A stretch of DNA of 64,000 nucleotides, taken from the NCBI RefSeq assembly GCF_001677475.2, contig NZ_CP015229.1. One strand, given 5' to 3'. The position numbers were made by a program, and so were the translations under genes. Below the pieces are notes generated by a model, which did not search any database, had not been told where the DNA came from, and worked only from the letters and a program-made list of their open reading frames with translations. The stretch is from Escherichia coli (GTDB lineage: Bacteria > Pseudomonadota > Gammaproteobacteria > Enterobacterales > Enterobacteriaceae). Shown in pieces: positions 20,531 to 30,945 of this stretch (positions are counted from its first letter, which is position 1; every line of letters begins with the position of its first letter).

Positions 20531-20539
20531 TTGATTATT

Positions 20540-20627
20540 TGGCGGAAGCGCAGAGATTCGAACTCTGGAACCCTTTCGGGTCGCCGGTTTTCAAGACCGG
20601 TGCCTTCAACCGCTCGGCCACACTTCC
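20540..20627 (-). tRNA. serT: tRNA-Ser (anticodon UGA)
   Basis: Reverse complement reads GGAAGTGTGGCCGAGCGGTTGAAGGCACCGGTCTTGAAAACCGGCGACCCGAAAGGGTTCCAGAGTTCGAATCTCTGCGCTTCCGCCA: 88 nt with long variable arm and encoded CCA. Confidence 0.95.
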
Positions 20628-21053
20628 GGAATGACGCGCACTATAAACATCCCGATGCGGCGTGTAAACCCCTAATTTGTTTGTTTGCCTGAAAAACAGC
20701 CAAAAGAGCATTGATAGCATGAAATAACAGCAGATTGATCATTTCATCACCATGAATTCCTTCTCTTTTACTCGTTTAGCAACCGGCTAAACATCCCCAC
20801 TGCCCGGCAAAAAGAAAAATAGGTCCATTTTTATCGCTAAAAGATAAATCCACACAGTTTGTATTGTTTTGTGCAAAAGTTTCACTACGCTTTATTAACA
20901 ATACTTTCTGGCGACGTGCGCCAGTGCAGAAGGATGAGCTTTCGTTTTCAGCATCTCACGTGAAGCGATGGTTTGCCTTGCTACAGGGACGTCGCTTGCC
21001 GACCATGTGCGCCCGGTGTCCTGCCGGTGTCGCAAGGAGAAGAGACGTGCGAT

Positions 21054-22172
21054 ATGAATAACGAGGAAACATTTTACCAGGCCATGCGGCGTCAGGGCGT
21101 TACCCGGCGCAGCTTTCTCAAATATTGTAGTCTGGCTGCCACGTCGCTGGGATTAGGCGCGGGAATGGCACCAAAGATTGCCTGGGCGCTGGAGAACAAA
21201 CCGCGCATTCCGGTGGTATGGATCCACGGTCTGGAATGCACCTGCTGTACCGAATCTTTTATCCGCTCCGCTCACCCACTGGCGAAGGACGTCATCCTTT
21301 CCCTGATTTCCCTCGATTACGACGATACTTTGATGGCAGCCGCCGGAACCCAGGCGGAAGAAGTCTTTGAAGACATCATCGCGCAATACAATGGCAAATA
21401 TATCCTCGCAGTAGAAGGTAATCCGCCGCTGGGCGAGCAGGGGATGTTCTGTATCAGCAGCGGACGACCGTTTATTGAGAAACTCAAACGTGCCGCTGCC
21501 GGAGCCAGTGCGATTATCGCCTGGGGAACCTGCGCGTCCTGGGGCTGCGTGCAGGCCGCGCGACCCAATCCGACGCAGGCAACGCCTATCGACAAAGTCA
21601 TCACCGACAAACCTATTATCAAAGTACCTGGCTGCCCGCCGATTCCGGATGTGATGAGCGCCATCATTACTTACATGGTGACCTTTGATCGCTTGCCAGA
21701 TGTCGACAGAATGGGCCGTCCGTTGATGTTCTATGGTCAGCGAATCCACGATAAATGCTATCGCCGCGCTCACTTCGACGCCGGAGAGTTCGTCCAGAGT
21801 TGGGATGATGACGCTGCCCGCAAAGGTTACTGCCTGTACAAAATGGGCTGCAAAGGGCCTACCACCTATAACGCCTGTTCCTCCACACGCTGGAATGATG
21901 GCGTTTCTTTCCCAATCCAGTCTGGTCACGGCTGCCTGGGCTGTGCGGAAAATGGTTTCTGGGATCGCGGTTCGTTCTACAGCCGCGTGGTCGATATTCC
22001 ACAAATGGGCACTCATTCCACCGCCGATACCGTCGGTTTAACCGCGCTTGGCGTGGTAGCAGCGGCTGTTGGTGTGCACGCAGTCGCCAGCGCCGTTGAC
22101 CAGCGCAGACGTCATAACCAGCAACCTACAGAAACCGAACATCAGCCAGGCAATGAGGATAAACAGGCATGA
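21054..22172 (+). CDS. hyaA: Hydrogenase-1 small subunit
   Basis: Starts [29 protein letters not shown] with a Tat motif (RRSFLK); 372 aa. Confidence 0.95.
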   Translation: MNNEETFYQAMRRQGVTRRSFLKYCSLAATSLGLGAGMAPKIAWALENKPRIPVVWIHGLECTCCTESFIRSAHPLAKDVILSLISLDYDDTLMAAAGTQAEEVFEDIIAQYNGKYILAVEGNPPLGEQGMFCISSGRPFIEKLKRAAAGASAIIAWGTCASWGCVQAARPNPTQATPIDKVITDKPIIKVPGCPPIPDVMSAIITYMVTFDRLPDVDRMGRPLMFYGQRIHDKCYRRAHFDAGEFVQSWDDDAARKGYCLYKMGCKGPTTYNACSSTRWNDGVSFPIQSGHGCLGCAENGFWDRGSFYSRVVDIPQMGTHSTADTVGLTALGVVAAAVGVHAVASAVDQRRRHNQQPTETEHQPGNEDKQA

Positions 22173-23962
22173 GCACTCAGTACGAAACTCAAGGATACAC
22201 CATCAATAATGCCGGACGCCGCCTGGTGGTCGACCCGATTACGCGCATTGAAGGCCACATGCGCTGCGAAGTGAATATTAACGATCAGAATGTGATCACC
22301 AATGCCGTCTCCTGCGGCACCATGTTTCGCGGGCTGGAGATCATCCTGCAAGGGCGCGACCCGCGCGATGCGTGGGCGTTCGTTGAACGTATCTGCGGCG
22401 TCTGTACTGGTGTACACGCCCTGGCTTCGGTTTACGCCATCGAAGATGCCATCGGTATTAAAGTGCCGGACAACGCCAATATCATCCGCAACATTATGCT
22501 GGCAACGCTCTGGTGCCACGATCATCTGGTGCACTTCTATCAGCTTGCCGGGATGGACTGGATCGATGTGTTAGATGCGCTGAAAGCCGACCCGCGGAAA
22601 ACCTCCGAACTGGCGCAAAGCCTCTCCTCATGGCCGAAATCATCCCCTGGCTATTTCTTCGACGTACAAAACCGCCTGAAGAAATTCGTTGAAGGTGGCC
22701 AGTTGGGGATCTTCCGCAATGGCTACTGGGGGCACCCGCAGTACAAACTGCCGCCAGAAGCCAACCTGATGGGCTTTGCCCACTATCTCGAAGCTCTCGA
22801 TTTCCAGCGTGAAATTGTCAAAATCCACGCGGTCTTTGGCGGTAAAAACCCGCATCCAAACTGGATTGTCGGCGGGATGCCTTGCGCCATTAACATTGAC
22901 GAAAGCGGCGCGGTCGGGGCGGTCAATATGGAACGCCTGAACCTGGTGCAGTCGATTATCACCCGCACGGCGGATTTCATTAACAACGTGATGATCCCCG
23001 ACGCCTTAGCCATTGGTCAGTTCAACAAACCGTGGAGCGAAATCGGCACGGGTCTTTCTGATAAATGTGTCCTCAGCTACGGCGCATTCCCGGATATTGC
23101 CAACGACTTTGGCGAGAAAAGTCTGCTGATGCCTGGCGGCGCGGTGATTAACGGCGACTTTAAAAATGTGCTGCCAGTGGATTTAGTTGATCCGCAGCAG
23201 GTGCAGGAGTTTGTTGACCATGCCTGGTATCGTTATCCCAACGATCAGGTTGGGCGTCATCCGTTCGATGGCATTACCGACCCGTGGTACAACCCCGGCG
23301 ATGTTAAAGGCAGCGATACCAACATTCAGCAGCTGAATGAACAGGAACGCTACTCGTGGATCAAAGCGCCACGCTGGCGCGGTAACGCGATGGAAGTGGG
23401 GCCGCTGGCACGCACGTTAATCGCTTATCACAAAGGCGATGCGGCGACCGTTGAGTCGGTCGATCGCATGATGTCGGCGTTGAACCTGCCACTTTCCGGC
23501 ATCCAGTCAACGTTGGGCCGCATTTTGTGCCGCGCGCACGAAGCGCAGTGGGCCGCAGGTAAGTTGCAGTATTTCTTCGACAAGCTGATGACCAATCTCA
23601 AAAACGGCAATCTTGCCACCGCCTCCACTGAAAAATGGGAACCTGCAACCTGGCCGACAGAGTGCCGTGGTGTCGGTTTTACCGAAGCGCCGCGCGGGGC
23701 GTTAGGCCACTGGGCTGCCATTCGCGATGGCAAGATTGATCTCTACCAGTGCGTGGTGCCGACCACCTGGAACGCCAGCCCGCGCGATCCTAAAGGGCAA
23801 ATTGGCGCTTATGAAGCGGCGCTGATGAACACCAAAATGGCGATCCCCGAGCAACCGCTGGAGATCCTGCGTACTCTGCACAGCTTTGATCCGTGCCTCG
23901 CCTGTTCAACACACGTGCTGGGCGACGACGGTAGCGAGCTGATCTCCGTGCAGGTGCGTTAA
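22169..23962 (+). CDS. hyaB: Hydrogenase-1 large subunit ([NiFe])
   Basis: 597 aa with N-terminal RICGVC and C-terminal DPCLACSTH nickel-binding motifs. Confidence 0.95.
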   Translation: MSTQYETQGYTINNAGRRLVVDPITRIEGHMRCEVNINDQNVITNAVSCGTMFRGLEIILQGRDPRDAWAFVERICGVCTGVHALASVYAIEDAIGIKVPDNANIIRNIMLATLWCHDHLVHFYQLAGMDWIDVLDALKADPRKTSELAQSLSSWPKSSPGYFFDVQNRLKKFVEGGQLGIFRNGYWGHPQYKLPPEANLMGFAHYLEALDFQREIVKIHAVFGGKNPHPNWIVGGMPCAINIDESGAVGAVNMERLNLVQSIITRTADFINNVMIPDALAIGQFNKPWSEIGTGLSDKCVLSYGAFPDIANDFGEKSLLMPGGAVINGDFKNVLPVDLVDPQQVQEFVDHAWYRYPNDQVGRHPFDGITDPWYNPGDVKGSDTNIQQLNEQERYSWIKAPRWRGNAMEVGPLARTLIAYHKGDAATVESVDRMMSALNLPLSGIQSTLGRILCRAHEAQWAAGKLQYFFDKLMTNLKNGNLATASTEKWEPATWPTECRGVGFTEAPRGALGHWAAIRDGKIDLYQCVVPTTWNASPRDPKGQIGAYEAALMNTKMAIPEQPLEILRTLHSFDPCLACSTHVLGDDGSELISVQVR

Positions 23963-23980
23963 CAGCGAAGGAGAATCATC

Positions 23981-24688
23981 ATGCAACAGAAAAGCGACAA
24001 CGTTGTCAGCCACTATGTCTTTGAAGCGCCAGTGCGTATCTGGCACTGGCTGACGGTGTTATGCATGGCGGTGTTGATGGTCACCGGTTACTTTATCGGC
24101 AAGCCGCTGCCTTCGGTCAGCGGTGAGGCGACGTATCTGTTCTATATGGGCTACATCAGGTTAATTCACTTCAGCGCCGGGATGGTTTTTACCGTGGTCT
24201 TGCTGATGCGGATCTACTGGGCTTTTGTCGGCAATCGCTACTCACGCGAGCTTTTCATCGTGCCAGTATGGCGTAAAAGCTGGTGGCAGGGCGTGTGGTA
24301 TGAAATCCGCTGGTATCTGTTTCTGGCAAAACGTCCGAGTGCCGATATTGGCCATAACCCCATCGCCCAGGCGGCGATGTTCGGCTATTTCCTGATGTCA
24401 GTTTTTATGATCATCACCGGCTTTGCGCTCTACAGCGAACACAGCCAGTACGCTATTTTTGCGCCGTTCCGTTATGTGGTGGAATTTTTCTACTGGACGG
24501 GCGGCAACTCAATGGACATTCACAGCTGGCATCGGCTGGGGATGTGGCTGATTGGCGCGTTTGTGATCGGTCATGTCTACATGGCGCTGCGTGAAGATAT
24601 CATGTCCGACGACACGGTGATCTCCACCATGGTCAACGGCTACCGTAGCCACAAATTTGGCAAAATAAGTAACAAGGAGCGTTCATGA
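23981..24688 (+). CDS. hyaC: Hydrogenase-1 cytochrome b subunit
   Basis: 235-aa membrane protein in operon position. Confidence 0.9.
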   Translation: MQQKSDNVVSHYVFEAPVRIWHWLTVLCMAVLMVTGYFIGKPLPSVSGEATYLFYMGYIRLIHFSAGMVFTVVLLMRIYWAFVGNRYSRELFIVPVWRKSWWQGVWYEIRWYLFLAKRPSADIGHNPIAQAAMFGYFLMSVFMIITGFALYSEHSQYAIFAPFRYVVEFFYWTGGNSMDIHSWHRLGMWLIGAFVIGHVYMALREDIMSDDTVISTMVNGYRSHKFGKISNKERS

Positions 24689-25272
24689 GCGAGCAACGCG
24701 TGGTGGTAATGGGGCTGGGCAACCTGCTGTGGGCCGATGAAGGTTTCGGCGTGCGGGTGGCGGAACGGCTGTATGCCCATTACCACTGGCCCGAGTATGT
24801 GGAGATTGTCGATGGCGGTACTCAGGGACTGAACTTGCTGGGGTATGTCGAAAGCGCCAGCCATCTGTTGATTCTCGATGCCATTGACTACGGGCTGGAA
24901 CCTGGAACGCTGCGAACCTATGCCGGAGAACGCATTCCGGCTTATCTCAGCGCGAAGAAAATGAGCCTGCACCAGAACAGTTTCTCCGAAGTGCTGGCGC
25001 TGGCAGATATCCGCGGACATCTGCCAGCACATATTGCCCTCGTCGGTCTGCAACCCGCAATGCTCGACGACTACGGCGGCAGCCTGAGCGAACTGGCACG
25101 GGAGCAACTGCCCGCTGCTGAACAATCGGCGCTGGCGCAGCTGGCTGCATGGGGAATTGTGCCGCAACCGGCTAATGAATCGCGCTGTCTCAATTATGAC
25201 TGTCTGTCGATGGAAAATTACGAAGGCGTTCGCTTGCGCCAGTACCGGATGACACTGGAGGAGCAGGGATGA
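24685..25272 (+). CDS. hyaD: Hydrogenase-1 maturation protease
   Basis: 195 aa in operon position. Confidence 0.9.
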   Translation: MSEQRVVVMGLGNLLWADEGFGVRVAERLYAHYHWPEYVEIVDGGTQGLNLLGYVESASHLLILDAIDYGLEPGTLRTYAGERIPAYLSAKKMSLHQNSFSEVLALADIRGHLPAHIALVGLQPAMLDDYGGSLSELAREQLPAAEQSALAQLAAWGIVPQPANESRCLNYDCLSMENYEGVRLRQYRMTLEEQG

Positions 25273-25667
25273 GCAACGACACGCCATTTGATGCGTTGTG
25301 GCAACGAATGCTGGCGCGCGGCTGGACGCCGATCAGTGAATCCCGTCTTGACGACTGGCTTACGCAAGCGCCAGACGGCGTGGTGTTATTAAGCAGTGAC
25401 CCGAAACGCACGCCAGAGGTCAGCGATAATCCGGTAATGATTGGCGAATTACTGCGCGAGTTTCCCGACTACACATGGCAGGTGGCGATTGCTGACCTTG
25501 AGCAGAGCGAAGCCATCGGCGATCGCTTTGGCGTCTTTCGCTTTCCCGCCACTTTAGTGTTTACCGGCGGAAACTATCGCGGCGTGCTGAATGGTATTCA
25601 CCCGTGGGCGGAACTGATAAACCTGATGCGTGGGCTTGTCGAACCACAACAGGAGCGTGCCTCATGA
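25269..25667 (+). CDS. hyaE: Hydrogenase-1 operon protein HyaE
   Basis: 132 aa in operon position. Confidence 0.9.
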   Translation: MSNDTPFDALWQRMLARGWTPISESRLDDWLTQAPDGVVLLSSDPKRTPEVSDNPVMIGELLREFPDYTWQVAIADLEQSEAIGDRFGVFRFPATLVFTGGNYRGVLNGIHPWAELINLMRGLVEPQQERAS

Positions 25668-26521
25668 GCGAAACTTTTTTCCATCTGCTGGGGCCAGGAA
25701 CGCAACCGAACGATGACAGTTTCAGCATGAATCCACTGCCGATCACCTGTCAGGTGAATGATGAACCGAGTATGGCGGCCCTGGAACAATGTGCTCACAG
25801 CCCGCAGGTGATTGCGCTGTTAAACGAGTTACAACATCAACTAAGTCAACGCCAGCCGCCGTTGGGCGAGGTGCTGGCAGTCGATCTGTTAAATCTCAAC
25901 GCCGACGATCGTCACTTTATCAATACGCTTCTCGGGGAAGGGGAAGTGTCAGTGCGCATTCAGCAGGCTGACGACAGTGAAAGTGAAATACAGGAGGCGA
26001 TCTTCTGCGGATTATGGCGGGTGCGCAGACGTCGCGGCGACAAGTTGCTGGAGGACAAACTGGAGGCTGGCTGCGCGCCGCTGGCGTTGTGGCAGGCGGC
26101 AACGCAAAATCTCTTGCCGACAGATTCGCTGTTACCGCCGCCCATTGATGGCCTGATGAATGGCCTACCGTTGGCGCATGAGTTACTGGCACATGTACGT
26201 AACCCCGACGCGCAGCCGCACAGCATTAATCTGACGCAATTACCCATCAGCGAGGCTGATCGGCTTTTTCTCTCACGTCTCTGTGGGCCGGGAAATATTC
26301 AGATTCGTACCATTGGCTATGGCGAGAGCTATATCAACGCCACGGGGTTACGCCATGTCTGGCATTTACGCTGCACGGACACCTTAAAAGGCCCGTTACT
26401 TGAGAGTTATGAAATCTGCCCGATACCGGAAGTGGTGCTGGCAGCGCCAGAAGATTTGGTCGACTCTGCGCAGCGGCTTAGTGAGGTATGTCAGTGGCTG
26501 GCGGGAGGGGCACCGTCGTAA
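25664..26521 (+). CDS. hyaF: Hydrogenase-1 operon protein HyaF
   Basis: Start ATG 25664 ([10 protein letters not shown]); 285 aa. Confidence 0.9.
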   Translation: MSETFFHLLGPGTQPNDDSFSMNPLPITCQVNDEPSMAALEQCAHSPQVIALLNELQHQLSQRQPPLGEVLAVDLLNLNADDRHFINTLLGEGEVSVRIQQADDSESEIQEAIFCGLWRVRRRRGDKLLEDKLEAGCAPLALWQAATQNLLPTDSLLPPPIDGLMNGLPLAHELLAHVRNPDAQPHSINLTQLPISEADRLFLSRLCGPGNIQIRTIGYGESYINATGLRHVWHLRCTDTLKGPLLESYEICPIPEVVLAAPEDLVDSAQRLSEVCQWLAGGAPS

Positions 26522-26654
26522 AAAGACGGTAAGTATCGCTTTCAGGCTTATGAATATCGCAATCGGCGAATACCTCTGGTCGTAGAGTTTCAGGATAAAG
26601 AGGGAGATCTACCATTAACGGGTTATTTTTCTCTCTTCGCCTACAGGAGTGCGC

Positions 26655-28199
26655 ATGTGGGATGTCATTGATTTATCGCGCTGGCAGTTTGCTCTGACCG
26701 CGCTGTATCACTTTTTATTTGTACCCCTTACCCTGGGGCTGATTTTTTTGCTGGCTATCATGGAAACCATTTACGTGGTCACCGGCAAAACAATCTACCG
26801 CGATATGACGCGCTTCTGGGGTAAGCTCTTCGGTATCAACTTTGCTCTTGGCGTGGCTACCGGCCTGACGATGGAGTTTCAGTTTGGTACTAACTGGTCA
26901 TTCTATTCCAACTATGTGGGCGATATTTTTGGCGCACCGCTGGCGATGGAAGCATTAATGGCCTTCTTCCTCGAATCCACCTTTGTCGGGCTGTTCTTCT
27001 TCGGCTGGCAACGGCTGAATAAATACCAGCACCTGCTGGTGACGTGGCTGGTGGCGTTCGGTTCAAATCTCTCTGCGTTGTGGATATTGAATGCCAACGG
27101 TTGGATGCAATACCCGACCGGTGCGCATTTTGATATCGACACCCTTCGTATGGAAATGACCAGCTTCAGCGAGCTGGTCTTTAACCCGGTCAGCCAGGTG
27201 AAATTTGTGCACACCGTAATGGCGGGCTACGTGACCGGGGCCATGTTTATTATGGCGATCAGCGCCTGGTATTTACTGCGCGGACGGGAGCGCGATGTCG
27301 CATTACGCTCGTTTGCCATCGGTTCCGTCTTCGGTACTCTGGCGATTATCGGCACGCTGCAACTCGGAGACAGTTCTGCGTATGAAGTCGCGCAAGTACA
27401 ACCGGTAAAACTGGCGGCGATGGAAGGGGAGTGGCAAACGGAACCTGCACCTGCACCGTTCCATGTGGTTGCCTGGCCGGAACAGGATCAAGAGCGTAAC
27501 GCCTTTGCTATCAAAATTCCCGCGCTGCTAGGGATCCTCGCCACTCACTCATTAGATAAACCCGTGCCGGGTCTGAAGAATTTGATGGCTGAAACCTACC
27601 CACGCTTGCAACGCGGACGTATGGCCTGGCTGTTAATGCAGGAAATATCGCAAGGCAATCGTGAGCCGCATGTGTTGCAGGCATTCCGGGAGCTGGAAGG
27701 CGACCTTGGTTACGGCATGTTGCTCTCCCGCTATGCGCCGGATATGAATCATGTCACAGCCGCACAGTACCAGGCGGCGATGCGTGGCGCGATACCTCAG
27801 GTTGCGCCGGTATTCTGGAGTTTCCGCATCATGGTGGGCTGTGGTTCCCTGCTGCTACTGGTGATGCTGATTGCGCTTGTCCAGACGCTGCGTGGCAAAA
27901 TCGACCAGCATCGCTGGGTGCTGAAAATGGCGCTCTGGAGTTTGCCGCTGCCGTGGATTGCGATTGAAGCCGGGTGGTTTATGACCGAGTTTGGTCGTCA
28001 GCCGTGGGCGATACAGGACATCTTACCGACATACTCCGCGCACTCCGCTTTAACCACAGGACAACTGGCTTTCTCACTGATCATGATCGTAGGGCTTTAC
28101 ACCCTGTTCTTAATCGCCGAAGTCTACCTGATGCAGAAATATGCCCGTCTGGGGCCGAGCGCGATGCAGAGTGAACAACCGACGCAGCAACAGGGGTAA
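26655..28199 (+). CDS. appC: Cytochrome bd-II ubiquinol oxidase subunit I
   Basis: Starts [20 protein letters not shown]; 514 aa. Confidence 0.95.
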   Translation: MWDVIDLSRWQFALTALYHFLFVPLTLGLIFLLAIMETIYVVTGKTIYRDMTRFWGKLFGINFALGVATGLTMEFQFGTNWSFYSNYVGDIFGAPLAMEALMAFFLESTFVGLFFFGWQRLNKYQHLLVTWLVAFGSNLSALWILNANGWMQYPTGAHFDIDTLRMEMTSFSELVFNPVSQVKFVHTVMAGYVTGAMFIMAISAWYLLRGRERDVALRSFAIGSVFGTLAIIGTLQLGDSSAYEVAQVQPVKLAAMEGEWQTEPAPAPFHVVAWPEQDQERNAFAIKIPALLGILATHSLDKPVPGLKNLMAETYPRLQRGRMAWLLMQEISQGNREPHVLQAFRELEGDLGYGMLLSRYAPDMNHVTAAQYQAAMRGAIPQVAPVFWSFRIMVGCGSLLLLVMLIALVQTLRGKIDQHRWVLKMALWSLPLPWIAIEAGWFMTEFGRQPWAIQDILPTYSAHSALTTGQLAFSLIMIVGLYTLFLIAEVYLMQKYARLGPSAMQSEQPTQQQG

Positions 28200-28210
28200 A
28201 GGAGAAAATC

Positions 28211-29347
28211 ATGTTTGATTATGAAACATTGCGCTTCATCTGGTGGCTGCTGATTGGCGTGATCCTGGTAGTCTTTATGATCTCCGATGGATTTGACATG
28301 GGGATCGGCTGTCTGCTGCCGCTGGTGGCGCGTAATGATGATGAACGCCGGATAGTGATAAACAGCGTTGGTGCACACTGGGAAGGCAACCAGGTCTGGC
28401 TCATCCTCGCAGGTGGGGCATTATTTGCCGCCTGGCCCAGAGTGTATGCAGCGGCGTTTTCCGGCTTTTATGTGGCGATGATCCTGGTGCTGTGCTCGCT
28501 GTTCTTCCGCCCGCTGGCCTTTGATTATCGCGGAAAAATTGCCGATGCACGCTGGCGTAAAATGTGGGATGCCGGTCTGGTCATCGGCAGTCTGGTGCCG
28601 CCGGTAGTCTTCGGTATCGCCTTCGGCAACTTGCTGCTCGGCGTGCCGTTTGCCTTCACACCGCAATTACGCGTGGAGTATCTCGGCACCTTCTGGCAAC
28701 TGCTGACGCCATTCCCTTTATTGTGTGGTTTGCTTAGCCTTGGGATGGTGATTTTGCAAGGTGGCGTCTGGTTACAACTGAAAACTGTTGGTGTGATTCA
28801 TCTGCGTTCACAGCTGGCGACCAAACGCGCCGCACTACTGGTGATGCTGTGCTTTTTGCTGGCAGGTTACTGGCTGTGGGTCGGTATTGATGGCTTTGTA
28901 CTGCTCGCCCAGGATGCTAACGGTCCTTCCAATCCGTTAATGAAACTGGTGGCAGTGCTACCTGGTGCCTGGATGAATAATTTCGTCGAATCGCCCGTTT
29001 TGTGGATCTTCCCGCTGCTGGGGTTCTTCTGCCCATTGCTGACGGTGATGGCGATTTATCGTGGTCGCCCGGGTTGGGGATTTTTAATGGCGTCATTGAT
29101 GCAATTTGGCGTGATTTTCACGGCAGGCATCACGCTGTTCCCCTTTGTCATGCCGTCAAGCGTGAGTCCGATCTCCAGCCTGACGTTGTGGGACAGTACT
29201 TCCAGTCAGCTGACGCTGAGCATTATGTTGGTAATCGTGCTGATATTTTTGCCTATTGTGTTGCTTTACACTCTCTGGAGCTACTACAAAATGTGGGGAC
29301 GCATGACGACAGAAACTCTCCGCCGTAACGAAAACGAGCTGTACTAA
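28211..29347 (+). CDS. appB: Cytochrome bd-II ubiquinol oxidase subunit II
   Basis: 378-aa membrane protein. Confidence 0.95.
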   Translation: MFDYETLRFIWWLLIGVILVVFMISDGFDMGIGCLLPLVARNDDERRIVINSVGAHWEGNQVWLILAGGALFAAWPRVYAAAFSGFYVAMILVLCSLFFRPLAFDYRGKIADARWRKMWDAGLVIGSLVPPVVFGIAFGNLLLGVPFAFTPQLRVEYLGTFWQLLTPFPLLCGLLSLGMVILQGGVWLQLKTVGVIHLRSQLATKRAALLVMLCFLLAGYWLWVGIDGFVLLAQDANGPSNPLMKLVAVLPGAWMNNFVESPVLWIFPLLGFFCPLLTVMAIYRGRPGWGFLMASLMQFGVIFTAGITLFPFVMPSSVSPISSLTLWDSTSSQLTLSIMLVIVLIFLPIVLLYTLWSYYKMWGRMTTETLRRNENELY

Positions 29348-29359
29348 GGAGCAGGAACA

Positions 29360-29452
29360 ATGTGGTATTTACTTTGGTTCGTCGGCATTTTGTTGATGTG
29401 TTCGCTCTCCACCCTTGTGTTGGTATGGCTGGACCCGCGTCTGAAAAGTTAA
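29360..29452 (+). CDS. appX: Cytochrome bd-II small subunit (30 aa)
   Basis: MWYLLWFVGILLMCSLSTLVLVWLDPRLKS, read by hand; below the ORF-track size cut-off. Confidence 0.8.
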   Translation: MWYLLWFVGILLMCSLSTLVLVWLDPRLKS

Positions 29453-29461
29453 CGAACGTAA

Positions 29462-29492
29462 GCCTGATGCGGCGCATTAGCGTCGCATCAGG
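29462..29492. repeat. REP (repetitive extragenic palindromic) element
   Basis: GCCTGATGCGGCGCATTAGCGTCGCATCAGGC palindrome between appX and appA. Confidence 0.7.
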
Positions 29493-29527
29493 CAATAATG
29501 TCGGATATGAAAAGCGGAAACATATCG

Positions 29528-30826
29528 ATGAAAGCGATCTTGATCCCATTTTTATCTCTTTTGATTCCCTTAACCCCGCAATCTGCATTCGCTCAGAGTG
29601 AGCCGGAGCTGAAGCTGGAAAGTGTGGTGATTGTCAGTCGTCATGGTGTGCGTGCCCCAACCAAGGCTACGCAACTGATGCAGGATGTCACCCCAGACGC
29701 ATGGCCAACCTGGCCGGTAAAACTGGGTTGGCTGACACCGCGCGGTGGTGAGCTAATCGCTTATCTCGGACATTACCAACGCCAGCGTCTGGTGGCTGAC
29801 GGATTGCTGGCGAAAAAGGGCTGCCCGCAGCCTGGTCAGGTCGCGATTATTGCTGATGTCGACGAGCGTACCCGTAAAACAGGCGAAGCCTTCGCCGCCG
29901 GGCTGGCACCTGACTGTGCAATCACCGTACATACCCAGGCAGATACGTCCAGTCCCGATCCGTTATTTAATCCCCTAAAAACTGGCGTTTGCCAACTGGA
30001 TAACGCGAACGTGACTGACGCGATCCTCAGCAGGGCAGGAGGGTCAATTGCTGACTTTACCGGGCATCGGCAAACGGCGTTTCGCGAACTGGAACGGGTG
30101 CTTAATTTCCCGCAATCAAACTTGTGCCTTAACCGTGAGAAACAGGACGAAAGCTGTTCATTAACGCAGGCATTACCATCGGAACTCAAGGTGAGCGCCG
30201 ACAATGTCTCATTAACCGGTGCGGTAAGCCTCGCATCAATGCTGACGGAGATATTTCTCCTGCAACAAGCACAGGGAATGCCGGAGCCGGGGTGGGGAAG
30301 GATCACCGATTCACACCAGTGGAACACCTTGCTAAGTTTGCATAACGCGCAATTTTATTTGCTACAACGCACGCCAGAGGTTGCCCGCAGCCGCGCCACC
30401 CCGTTATTAGATTTGATCAAGACAGCGTTGAAGCCCCATCCACCGCAAAAACAGGCGTATGGTGTGACATTACCCACTTCAGTGCTGTTTATCGCCGGAC
30501 ACGATACTAATCTGGCAAATCTCGGCGGCGCACTGGAGCTCAACTGGACGCTTCCAGGCCAGCCGGATAACACGCCGCCAGGGGGTGAACTGGTGTTTGA
30601 ACGCTGGCGTCGGCTAAGCGATAACAGCCAGTGGATTCAGGTTTCGCTGGTCTTCCAGACTTTACAGCAGATGCGTGATAAAACGCCGCTGTCATTAAAT
30701 ACGCCGCCCGGAGAGGTGAAACTGACCCTGGCAGGATGTGAAGAGCGAAATGCGCAGGGCATGTGTTCGTTGGCAGGTTTTACGCAAATCGTGAATGAAG
30801 CACGCATACCGGCGTGCAGTTTGTAA
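29528..30826 (+). CDS. appA: Periplasmic phosphoanhydride phosphatase / phytase (histidine acid phosphatase)
   Basis: Signal peptide MKAILIPFLSLLIPLTPQSAFA and RHGVRAP active-site motif. Confidence 0.95.
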   Translation: MKAILIPFLSLLIPLTPQSAFAQSEPELKLESVVIVSRHGVRAPTKATQLMQDVTPDAWPTWPVKLGWLTPRGGELIAYLGHYQRQRLVADGLLAKKGCPQPGQVAIIADVDERTRKTGEAFAAGLAPDCAITVHTQADTSSPDPLFNPLKTGVCQLDNANVTDAILSRAGGSIADFTGHRQTAFRELERVLNFPQSNLCLNREKQDESCSLTQALPSELKVSADNVSLTGAVSLASMLTEIFLLQQAQGMPEPGWGRITDSHQWNTLLSLHNAQFYLLQRTPEVARSRATPLLDLIKTALKPHPPQKQAYGVTLPTSVLFIAGHDTNLANLGGALELNWTLPGQPDNTPPGGELVFERWRRLSDNSQWIQVSLVFQTLQQMRDKTPLSLNTPPGEVKLTLAGCEERNAQGMCSLAGFTQIVNEARIPACSL

Positions 30827-30835
30827 TGCATAAAA

Positions 30836-30862
30836 AAGAGCATTCAGTTACCTGAATGCTCT
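30836..30862. terminator. Bidirectional intrinsic terminator hairpin between convergent appA and etk
   Basis: AGAGCATTCAG-TTAC-CTGAATGCTCT flanked by A-run and T-rich sequence. Confidence 0.6.
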
Positions 30863-30894
30863 GAGGCTGATGACAAACGAAGAACTGTCTAATG

Positions 30895-30931
30895 CGTAGA
30901 CCGGAAAAGGCGTTCACGCCGCATCCGGTCA
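30895..30931. repeat. REP element
   Basis: Reverse complement GTGACCGGATGCGGCGTGAACGCCTTTTCCGGTCTAC matches the REP consensus. Confidence 0.7.
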
Positions 30932-30945
30932 CTTTCCCTTCAGTT

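Larger units (their letters stand above)
1..20539 (+). mobile_element. Prophage, partial (late/morphogenesis arm of a lambdoid HK97-like siphovirus); left boundary lies outside the window
   Basis: Contiguous co-oriented head and tail gene series (portal, protease, capsid, connectors, major tail, G/GT, tape measure, M, L, K, I, J, stf, tfa) ending about 140 bp from the 3' end of serT. Integration next to a tRNA 3' end is typical. Confidence 0.85.

Noticed and set aside
20400-20539. Possibility that the tfa-serT spacer is a CRISPR or other repeat array
   Set aside because: Only one palindrome and three short heptamer copies are present, with no regularly spaced repeat-spacer structure.
20864-21061. 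65-aa ORF and the upstream extension of hyaA (20973)
   Set aside because: Lies in the hya promoter/leader region; HyaA starts at MNNEETF (21054) with its Tat signal right after.
21153-22016. 287-aa minus-strand ORF opposite hyaA
   Set aside because: Antisense to a highly conserved gene; spurious.
24640-25287. 215-aa minus-strand ORF opposite hyaD
   Set aside because: Antisense shadow ORF.
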